Source of the DNA: a virus
Lineage: Duplodnaviria > Heunggongvirae > Uroviricota > Caudoviricetes
Reading direction: 5' to 3' (one strand)
Virus record (IMG/VR): IMGVR_UViG_3300049596_000323
Coordinates: 64,001 to 89,943 of that record
Length of the DNA: 25,943 nucleotides
Part shown: positions 7,402-16,600 of the stretch, piece after piece
Position numbering within the stretch: position 1 is the first letter of the stretch
Layout of the letters: each line of letters opens with the position of its first letter
Translations under genes and position numbers: made by a program
Notes under the pieces: generated by a model
The model's database searches: none
Told to the model about the DNA's origin: nothing
Seen by the model: only the letters and a program-made list of their open reading frames with translations

Positions 7402-10400
7402 TTATTTATTTCTTAATTCTTCTAACTGTAAAGTTAATGAATCTACACAAGATATCAAAATTTGCACACCCTTGGTTAAAATAGGTATTAGTTTTGATGA
7501 ATCAAATGAGTAGTATCCACTAAAGGTCATTTTTACTGATTCAGGTACTACGTCTTTAACTTGTTGAGCAATGAATCCTACTTGTTTTCCTTCTCCATTA
7601 GCTTTATTAGCACTATTGAATTCATAGAATGAAGGAACTAATTTGCTAACATCACAAAGCTGATATCCAACAGGTTGAATGCAACACTTTAATCTAGCAT
7701 CAGATGTATTTAAAACAATCATTCCAGTAGCATTTGCACAAATTGCACCTCCTGGATTTAAATTAGCAGCCTTGAAACAACTAGCATGATTTACAAATGA
7801 GTCTGTTGACATTATCTGACATCCACTTACAACACTTCCTATTCCCATACTCATGTTGAAACAACCACCAGTAACAGCAGAAGCTGCAGCCATTGCGTTG
7901 TTAGATTGTCCAGCAAGAATACCACTCATTTCTGAACTTACATAGTTTTGATATCCAGCAAGAATACCTGACTTCATACTACTACTAAACATATTACCTC
8001 CAGCTATAGTATTGTTACTACCACCTCCAATGAAACCCCAACCACCATAATTACAATTGGTTTGTCCACCTCCAATGAAACCATAACTAGGGAAGCTAGC
8101 ATAATATGCACTGCTAGTCGTGTTACCAGAACCTCCTACAATAACTGAACAATTACCACCTGCATTATTCATAGTACCTCCTATAATAGCAGAACTACAT
8201 GCACTAGCCATATTCATTTCACCACCACCAACAAAAGAACGGCAGCTCATAGCGTTATTATAAAAACCACTAGCAACTGCAGCACCTTCAGCAAATGCTC
8301 CATTGGATCGTCCACCACCAATAAAGGTAAAGTAAGCTGAAGCACTGTTAGAATATCCACCACTAACTGTTGAATAATCTCCATTTGCATTATTAAGCTT
8401 TCCACCACCAATAGTAGAAAACCCTGAACTTCCTGAAGCTCCAATAGTATTACAACATCCTCCACCTATTGTTCCATAACTAACGCACACTTTATTATTA
8501 ACACCACCACCAATTGTCATCCCAATATTATTAAAAGGATAACTACTAGCCGTAAAATTATTAAATCCACCTCCAATAAATGAACAAGCTGCACTATTGT
8601 TATTTGCTTCACCACCAGCAATTACTGACGAACTTCCACCTGCATTGTTAAAGAAACCACTTAACGCTCCAGAGTTAGTACCTCCTGTCGTGTTAAAGTT
8701 ACCACATCTTTCTGTAGAACCAGCTCCCATTCCTAGTACCATAATGCTTGATCCACCACCACCACCAGCAGTTAAACATAATTTACCAAAGCCATCAAAG
8801 CTTATACTACAACCCATTCCAACGTATGGAGCAAATGAAGTGATTGCTAAATCATTAACCATGTGTGTACATGCTAATGAATTCATTAAACCACATCCAG
8901 ATACAGTTGAATAGTTTGCAGTAGCAAAATTACCCTGTCCTCCAGTTATAGTTGCACCAGTTACATATCCACTAATAGTATTCATGCTTCCTCCAGATAT
9001 AGTACCACTAGTACCATTACTGCCAATGTTATTCATAAATCCTCCAGATATAACATTGTTACCTGAGTAATTACCAATATTATGAAAAGTACCACCAGCA
9101 ATTACACCATGTGTTGAACCTGTTCCAATCATGTTGATATCACCGCCTCCAATTACATTACAGCTGGCATAACTACTAACAGTGTTAGACTTACCACCAG
9201 CAATTAAATTACCAGCAGAATTAGTACAAATAATATTACATGCACCACCACTAATTGTAGAACAGTTTGTACTTGATAATATTTTGTTAAATACACCACC
9301 AGATATTGTTGAACTAGATGAACAAACACAGTTGTTATTACCACCACTAATAACTGAACAGCTTGCAGAAATTACATTGTTAAAGAAACCTCCTCCAATG
9401 AATGAATACATTCCAGAGTTACTGTTGAATCCACCACCAGTAATAACTGATCCGTTGCTAGAACTAGCATTGGTAGTACCACTTAAAGCACTAGAACAAT
9501 ATCCACTTGCTGTGTTAGAAAATCCATTACCTTGAATTGAACCAGGAGCACTACCAGCAACCATTACACCACCTCCACTTGAAGCAGTGTAAGCAATAAG
9601 CTCACCCAAAGGTCCTGCACATACAGCACATCCACCTATCATTGCATTACTTAAATTAGGTTGTACAAAGCAGTTAGCCATGAATGAACATGATAAACTG
9701 TTTGATAAACCACATCCAAATACACCAGAATATGCTCCCATTGCAGTATTACCACAACCTCCTAATACTGCTGAAAATGATCCATTAGCAGAGTTATTTT
9801 GACCACCAACTACCACACCAGATGTTCCATTAGCTCCATTAAAAGTTCCACTTCCAACAAATGAACATTGTCCAGCAGCACTATTACCAAAACCATTTCC
9901 TATAAAAGCATAATCTCCACTTGCAGTGTTAGATGCTCCATTTACAACTGTATTATATTGTGTACCTGAGGCTACGTTATTTAATCCATTACCTATAAAA
10001 TTATAATTTGCATTAGTACAGTTACCTTGTCCATTAACAATAGTTCCATGGAAGTTACCTGAAGCATGGTTTTGACAACCACCACCAATAAATGAATATG
10101 CAAAATCACCTGTGTTACCAGCACCACCTAATACAGAACTACAATTTCCTGAAGCAGTGTTTGAAGCACCACATCTAACAGATGAAGCAGTCCCTGTACC
10201 AGCAATAATAACAGCACTAGAACCAACATTCACACCACTAGATCCAGAAGATCCAGATGTACCATTAGTTCCAGGAGCTCCTGGAGATCCTGCAGCTCCT
10301 GATGTACCACTAGTACCAGTTGTACCAGCAGTTCCAGATGTACCATTAATACCACTTGATCCACTTGTTCCAGAGGTACCAGTAGTACCGCTTGTGCCAG

Positions 10401-13400
10401 TGGTACCTGATGTACCATTAATACCTGATGTACCAGCAGTGCCAGAAGAACCGCTAGTTCCTGTAGTTCCAGAAGTACCATTTGATCCATTAACACCAGA
10501 AGTGCCAGAGGTACCAGTTGTACCTGATGTACCGTTTATTCCACTAGTTCCACTTGTTCCTGTTGTGCCAGATGTACCGTTTATACCAGATGTGCCTGAG
10601 GTTCCAGTTGTTCCAGAAGTTCCTCCTGTACCATTAGTTCCAGATGTACCACCTGTACCATTAGTACCTGAAGAGCCTGAAGAGCCTGATGTTCCAGTAG
10701 TACCTGAAGTACCGCCAGTTCCATTAGTAGCTGAAGTTCCTGAAGTTGCTGACGTACCACTAGTTCCATTACTACCACTAACACCAGAAGATCCTGATGT
10801 TCCTGTGGTACCTGATGTACCACTTGTTGCACTAGTTCCACTAGTACCTGTTGTACCACTGGTTCCAGTTGTGCCACTTGTTCCACTTGTACCACCAGTT
10901 CCATTAGTACCACTAGAACCTGAAGTTCCACTTGTACCAGAGGTACCTCCAGTTCCATTAGTTCCTGAACTTCCTGATGTACCAGTGGTACCAGAAGTTG
11001 CAGATGAACCAGATGTACCAGAAGAGCCAGATGTACCTGTTGTACCAGAGCTTCCACTTGTACCAGTTGAACCTGAAGTACCAGTGGTACCGCTTGTTCC
11101 TGATGTACCAGAAGTTCCTGAAGATCCATCAGTTCCACTTGTTCCAGTGGTACCTGATGTTCCTGAAGGAGCATTGAATGTTGTTTGAGCGTATGAGTAG
11201 TTACTCGTACCCTCTGTATAAAAAGTTATATTATGATTAGCACCACCACCAGTAAATTCAACATAAATTTGACAATAAAGTCTATCTGTTGCATTTAATG
11301 TGGTTTGTGGCAAAAATAAATCTGTAAAAAATTCTTTAATAACACCATTGCTCATTGATTCTGTATCAATGTTTGTAGTTCCTAAAAGAGTAGAAACACC
11401 ACCAGTTGTATACTTGTATAATTCTACATCTACTGCAACATTTCTATTTGTATCAATTGAAAGGTGTGTTACGAAAGCCCAAAGACCTGAAGGTATATTT
11501 GTTATATTTGGTACACCACTATCAGTTGCAAAAGTTGCAATTAATGTTCTTGTGTCTGCCGCTATATTTGTAACTACAGTTTGTTCTGCACCACCTGTAG
11601 CAGTTGATGAAAATTGTTTATAAGTAGGAGTACCAAAAGCCGTATTTGTATTTAATGATTGATTTAGATAGTATACAAGTCCTCCAGATATACCATTTAT
11701 ACCTGATGTACCAGCCGTACCTGAAGTACCACTTGTTCCACTTGTTCCGCTAGATCCACTAGTTCCTGTTGTACCAGACGTACCACTAGTTCCTGTAGAA
11801 CCACTTGTACCAGTTGTTCCACTTGTACCTGAGCTTCCTGAAGTTCCAGTTGTACCGCTAGATCCTGATGTACCACTAGTTCCACCAGTTCCATTAGTTC
11901 CACTAGAACCACTTGTTCCTGTTGTACCTGAAGTGCCACCAGTTCCATTAGTTCCACTAGATCCAGAACTACCACTTGTACCAGATGATCCACTTGTACC
12001 AGTAGTTCCACTAGAGCCTGAAGTACCTGTAGATCCACTAGTTCCACTAGTTCCACCAGTACCATTAGTACCGCTAGTTCCACTAGTACCACTTGTACCA
12101 GTTGTTCCACTAGTACCACTTGTGCCATCAATAGCACTTGTACCAGAAGTTCCACTTGTACCTGAGGTACCACTTGTTCCGTCTACACCAGATGTTCCAC
12201 TTGTGCCAGACGTACCTGTTGACCCACTAGTACCACTAGTACCAGTTGTGCCAGAAGTTCCGTTAGTACCATCTATACCAGTTGTACCTGAGGTACCTGA
12301 AGTACCACCACTACCTGACGTACCAGTGGTACCAGATGTTCCACTTGTTCCATCTATTGCAGAAGTTCCTGAGGTACCAGTAGTACCAGCAGTTCCTGAA
12401 GAGCCGCTTGTTCCACTAGTTCCAGATGTACCTGTTGAACCAGATGTTCCACTAGTTGCAGAAGAACCTGAGGTTCCACTTGTTCCTGTAGTTCCACTAG
12501 ATCCACTTGTACCATCAATTCCTGATGTGCCACTTGTTCCACTTGATCCACTAGTACCACCTGTACCATTGGTAGCAGATGTTCCACTTGAACCAGATGT
12601 ACCGCTTGTACCTGTTGTGCCACTAGTTCCTGAGGTTCCAGTTGTACCAGATGTTCCATCAATAGCTGATGTTCCACTTGTACCAGCTGTTCCACTAGTT
12701 CCAGTTGTGCCACTTGTACCGCTAGTTCCATCAATTGCAGATGTACCACTAGAACCACTTGTTCCAGTCGTGCCACTTGTACCACTGGTTCCTGTTGTTC
12801 CAGCAGTTCCAGAAGAACCACTAGTCCCAGAAGATCCTGAAGTTCCAGTAGTGCCAGATGTTCCAGAAGAACCATCTCCTCCAGAAGCACCGTCTAAGTT
12901 AACTATCCAGCTTGTATATGTACCACTACCAACTGTTCTAGTTGGAGTGCCAAAAATTAATCCACCAGTAGCTGGGTTATAAGATACCACTTCACATTCT
13001 TGGAAGTTGTTTATATCATAAGCTATTACAATAGATTGAGCTACTGTATATGCAAGTTGTGTTCCTACAACAATGGCTCCATTACTACCTAATGTAAACG
13101 ATGTAGTAGAAGTTGTTGCAAATTGGTCACCTGTTTCTCCAGAAGTACCTGATGAACCAGATGTACCATTACTACCATCAGCACCACTGGTTCCACTAGT
13201 TCCACTAGTTCCAGATGTGCCATCTATTGCTGATGTTCCAGATGAGCCTGAAGACCCACTAGTTCCTGAAGTACCGTCTGTTGCACTTGTTCCACTTGAA
13301 CCTGATGTTCCACTTGTACCAGATGTACCTCCACTACCACCAGCACCATCAATACCTGAACTACCACTAGTTCCAGATGTACCAGCAGTACCTGACGTGC

Positions 13401-13647
13401 CTGAAGTACCTGCACTTCCAGATGTACCATCTTCACCAGCAGAACCAGAGGCAATTACTTCCCAAAGGTTGTAACTACCACTACCTACAGCTTTAGTTGG
13501 TGTAAAAACCAACTCTCCTGTAGCAGGATTGTAAGAAACAACCTGACCAAAAATATAGTCAGTACTATCTGCTATTAGCTGGATAAATTGTCCAGTGATA
13601 AAAGATAGACCTGTTTGAGTGGTTATTGTTATGTTAGAATAAGCCAT
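7402..13647 (-). CDS. Giant trimeric tail/virion fibre: G-T-S triplet stalks, internal beta modules, Cys-rich beta-roll head, C-terminal Peptidase_S74 intramolecular chaperone
   Basis: Three Gly-X-Y blocks; ~14-15-aa repeats of type NxASGxYSxIGGGxxN (YadA-head-like); TSDARLK...GFIAQQVKDVVPESV...KLIPILTKGVQIL is the S74 chaperone signature. Confidence 0.85.
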   Translation of the reverse strand: MAYSNITITTQTGLSFITGQFIQLIADSTDYIFGQVVSYNPATGELVFTPTKAVGSGSYNLWEVIASGSAGEDGTSGSAGTSGTSGTAGTSGTSGSSGIDGAGGSGGTSGTSGTSGSSGTSATDGTSGTSGSSGSSGTSAIDGTSGTSGTSGTSGADGSNGTSGSSGTSGETGDQFATTSTTSFTLGSNGAIVVGTQLAYTVAQSIVIAYDINNFQECEVVSYNPATGGLIFGTPTRTVGSGTYTSWIVNLDGASGGDGSSGTSGTTGTSGSSGTSGSSGTAGTTGTSGTSGTTGTSGSSGTSAIDGTSGTSGTTGTSGTAGTSGTSAIDGTSGTTGTSGTSGTTGTSGTSGSSGTSATNGTGGTSGSSGTSGTSGIDGTSGSSGTTGTSGTSGSSATSGTSGSTGTSGTSGTSGSSGTAGTTGTSGTSAIDGTSGTSGTTGTSGSGGTSGTSGTTGIDGTNGTSGTTGTSGTSGSTGTSGTSGTSGVDGTSGTSGTSGTSGTSAIDGTSGTSGTTGTSGTSGTSGTNGTGGTSGTSGSTGTSGSSGTTGTSGSSGTSGSSGSSGTNGTGGTSGTTGTSGSSGTNGTGGTSGTSGSSGTTGTSGSSGTSGTTGTSGSTGTSGTSGTTGTSGSSGTSGTSGTSGTAGTSGINGISGGLVYYLNQSLNTNTAFGTPTYKQFSSTATGGAEQTVVTNIAADTRTLIATFATDSGVPNITNIPSGLWAFVTHLSIDTNRNVAVDVELYKYTTGGVSTLLGTTNIDTESMSNGVIKEFFTDLFLPQTTLNATDRLYCQIYVEFTGGGANHNITFYTEGTSNYSYAQTTFNAPSGTSGTTGTSGTDGSSGTSGTSGTSGTTGTSGSTGTSGSSGTTGTSGSSGTSGSSATSGTTGTSGSSGTNGTGGTSGTSGTSGSSGTNGTGGTSGTSGTTGTSGTTGTSGTSATSGTSGTTGTSGSSGVSGSNGTSGTSATSGTSATNGTGGTSGTTGTSGSSGSSGTNGTGGTSGTNGTGGTSGTTGTSGTSGINGTSGTTGTSGTSGINGTSGTTGTSGTSGVNGSNGTSGTTGTSGSSGTAGTSGINGTSGTTGTSGTTGTSGTSGSSGINGTSGTAGTTGTSGTSGAAGSPGAPGTNGTSGSSGSSGVNVGSSAVIIAGTGTASSVRCGASNTASGNCSSVLGGAGNTGDFAYSFIGGGCQNHASGNFHGTIVNGQGNCTNANYNFIGNGLNNVASGTQYNTVVNGASNTASGDYAFIGNGFGNSAAGQCSFVGSGTFNGANGTSGVVVGGQNNSANGSFSAVLGGCGNTAMGAYSGVFGCGLSNSLSCSFMANCFVQPNLSNAMIGGCAVCAGPLGELIAYTASSGGGVMVAGSAPGSIQGNGFSNTASGYCSSALSGTTNASSSNGSVITGGGFNSNSGMYSFIGGGFFNNVISASCSVISGGNNNCVCSSSSTISGGVFNKILSSTNCSTISGGACNIICTNSAGNLIAGGKSNTVSSYASCNVIGGGDINMIGTGSTHGVIAGGTFHNIGNYSGNNVISGGFMNNIGSNGTSGTISGGSMNTISGYVTGATITGGQGNFATANYSTVSGCGLMNSLACTHMVNDLAITSFAPYVGMGCSISFDGFGKLCLTAGGGGGSSIMVLGMGAGSTERCGNFNTTGGTNSGALSGFFNNAGGSSSVIAGGEANNNSAACSFIGGGFNNFTASSYPFNNIGMTIGGGVNNKVCVSYGTIGGGCCNTIGASGSSGFSTIGGGKLNNANGDYSTVSGGYSNSASAYFTFIGGGRSNGAFAEGAAVASGFYNNAMSCRSFVGGGEMNMASACSSAIIGGTMNNAGGNCSVIVGGSGNTTSSAYYASFPSYGFIGGGQTNCNYGGWGFIGGGSNNTIAGGNMFSSSMKSGILAGYQNYVSSEMSGILAGQSNNAMAAASAVTGGCFNMSMGIGSVVSGCQIMSTDSFVNHASCFKAANLNPGGAICANATGMIVLNTSDARLKCCIQPVGYQLCDVSKLVPSFYEFNSANKANGEGKQVGFIAQQVKDVVPESVKMTFSGYYSFDSSKLIPILTKGVQILISCVDSLTLQLEELRNK
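10235..11170 (-). repeat. Gly-X-Y (mainly GTS/GTT/GSS/GTN) coding repeat, block 3 of fibre 1 (boundaries approximate)
   Basis: 9-nt periodic degenerate repeat; Gly (occasionally Ala) at every third residue. Confidence 0.9.
11690..12890 (-). repeat. Gly-X-Y coding repeat, block 2 of fibre 1 (~400 aa, boundaries approximate)
   Basis: Register [18 protein letters not shown] ... AID GTS is held throughout the part I checked. Confidence 0.9.
13135..13440 (-). repeat. Gly-X-Y coding repeat, block 1 of fibre 1 (boundaries approximate)
   Basis: GTS triplets between the two N-terminal beta modules. Confidence 0.9.
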
Positions 13648-13673
13648 TTATATTGATTTTATATTTTATAATT

Positions 13674-16600
13674 TTAACAAGGTACACAACTACCTGCTTG
13701 AGTTAACAATGTTGAACCACCACCTGCAGAAGTAAATGGTCTAGTATTGGTTCCATCAGAAACATAATAGGTTCCTGCACTCAATGATGTAGCATTAGCT
13801 GCATTTAAAGCACCACATCCACAAAGAGTTGCTGTACCTGTGTATGCATATGTTGGAAGGCTAGTAGCTGTACCTGCACAAGCCATTGAACTAATAGAAT
13901 CTACATATAATGTTGGAGAACTTGGAGTTGTACATGAACCACTCACTTGAACTAATCCATATATGTTTACAGCATACCAATTAGTTCCATCAGAATAATA
14001 TCCTGAACTAACTGAATTTGTAAGTGCTGTATCATAATATAAAAATGTGACAGTTGCTGTAATAGTAGTACCAAATTCATAATAAATTGGAACTAATAAT
14101 GAAGGATTATCTGCATTACCACATGCTACAATAGGCCCTACATTACTTGGATAACTAGGATCAGCAAACGCTAAATTTATAGTATTATAGACAGGTGCTG
14201 TTGTAGTTGTTGTTGTTGTAGTTATACAACTTTCTATACTTGTTATTATACCAGATTCAGCAATTCCAAATGGATCACCATCAAGACCTATATAATATGT
14301 GCCTGGAGGATTTGAAAATGTAAAAGGATCTGTTAAATATTGATCATCATACAATTGTGTTCCTACTTGAATAGGTAATGATTCTACATATAATGGAGCA
14401 AGAATACCACCACTACAAGGACTAAAAGGACCAAAAAGACTTGGGCTAACACCACTAGCCGTAACTTCAATACCATTTTGATTTAAAGGAAAAGATATTG
14501 TATTAGAACTTGTACCATATAATAATGTAGAGCTACCAGAGGTTCCTGACGTTCCACTGGTACCAGAAGTACCACTAGTTCCACTTGTGCCACTAGTGCC
14601 TGATGTACCTGAGGTTCCACTAGTACCATCTATTGCACTTGTTCCAGATGTGCCAGATGAACCAGCTGTACCACTTGAGCCTGATGTACCGTCTATACCA
14701 GACGTTCCTGTTGTTCCAGAAGACCCACTAGTACCTGATGTTCCGTCTACACCTGTAGTTCCAGATGTTCCATCAGTTCCACTTGTACCTGATGTGCCAG
14801 TAGTTCCTGAAGAACCAGAAGTTCCTGAGGTGCCACTAGTTGCTGAGGTACCACTTGTTCCTGTTGTACCACTAGTACCAGATGAACCTGAAGTGCCAGA
14901 AGTTCCGTCAATTCCAGATGTTCCATCTGTACCACTTGTACCATCAGTACCACTAGTTCCGTCAACTCCACTTGTTCCTGAAGTTCCATCTATGCCAGAA
15001 GTACCGTCAGTACCAGATGTTCCATCAGTACCTGATGTTCCGTCTGTACCAGAAGTACCACTTGAACCAGAAGTTCCTGAAGTGCCATCAATACCACTAG
15101 AGCCTGATGTACCACTTGTGCCTGAAGTACCAGTGCTTCCACTTGTACCACTTGTTCCGTTTGTACCATCAATGCCAGAAGTTCCAGAAGTTCCACTAGA
15201 ACCACTAGTTCCAGTTGTTCCACTAGATCCTGATGTACCGCTTGTTCCAGAAGTTCCAGTTGTACCTGATGAGCCATCATTACCAGAAGTACCAGATGTG
15301 CCTGTAGTTCCAGAAGTGCCAGAAGTGCCATCTATTCCAGATGTACCACTTGTACCTGAGCTACCATCACCACCTGATGCACCATCAAGGTTTACTATCC
15401 AACTTGTATATGTGCCTGAACCCACTGTTCTAAAAGGGGCACCAAAACTTAATTCACCTGTTGATGGATTATAAGCTGTAACCTCACACTCTTGGAAGTT
15501 ATTAGCGTCATAAACCACAATTATTGATTGAGCCACTGAGTATGCTAAACCTGTAGCAACTGTTAATGTACCAGAGTTACCTAATGTAAAGCTATCAGTA
15601 GATGTAGTTCTATATTTATCACCTTGTGCTCCAGAAGTACCACTTGTACCACTGGTGCCATCTATTCCAGATGACCCTGAAGTTCCTGCAGATCCTGATG
15701 TTCCATGGCTACCGTCTGTACCACTTGTTCCACTAGTTCCAGAAGTACCAGTAGTACCACTAGATCCTGATTCACCACTAGTACCACTTGTTCCAGTAGT
15801 TCCAGAAGTTCCGTTACTACCATCACTTCCTGAGGTTCCTGAACTACCACTTGTGCCTGTAGTACCACTAGTACCACTTGTTCCATCAACTCCAGAAGAC
15901 CCACTAGTTCCAGAAGATCCACTTGTTGCAGATGTACCGCTTGTACCATGTGTTCCACTGGTTCCAGATGTACCAGTCGTACCTGAAGTTCCTGATTCAC
16001 CACTAGTTCCACTAGTACCGTCAGACCCTGATGTACCAGATGTTCCATCAACACCACTTGTTCCAGTGGTACCAGATGATCCAGATGTACCTGTTGTTCC
16101 TGAAGTACCGCTTGTACCTGTAGATCCACTTGTACCTGATGTACCACTTGTTGCAGATGTTCCAGACGTACCACTTGTTCCATCTACTCCACTTGTACCA
16201 GAGGTACCATCTTCACCTGAAGATCCACTTGTTCCAGCAGTTCCACTAGTTGCAGAAGTTCCACTAGTTCCATCTACACCTGAAGTGCCACTGGTTCCTG
16301 TAGTGCCTGATGTTCCTGATGTACCATCTATACCTGAAGTACCACTGGTTCCAGAGGTTCCACTAGTTGCAGATGAACCACTAGTTCCACTTGTACCATC
16401 AGTTCCACTTGTACCATCAATACCAGATGTGCCTGAGCTTCCAGCAGTTCCTGAAGAACCTGCTGATCCATTTACACCATTTGTTCCATTAATACCTGAC
16501 GTACCAGAGGTACCACGTGTTCCTGATGTACCACTAGTACCTGTAGTTCCACTTGTTCCAGTTGTTCCACTTGATCCTGAGACACCAGAAGTACCAGAAG

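Noticed and set aside
12871-15630. Duplicated module as a possible DGR template/variable repeat pair
   Set aside because: Both copies are in-frame within genes, differences are mostly synonymous and not adenine-specific, and no reverse transcriptase is in the window.
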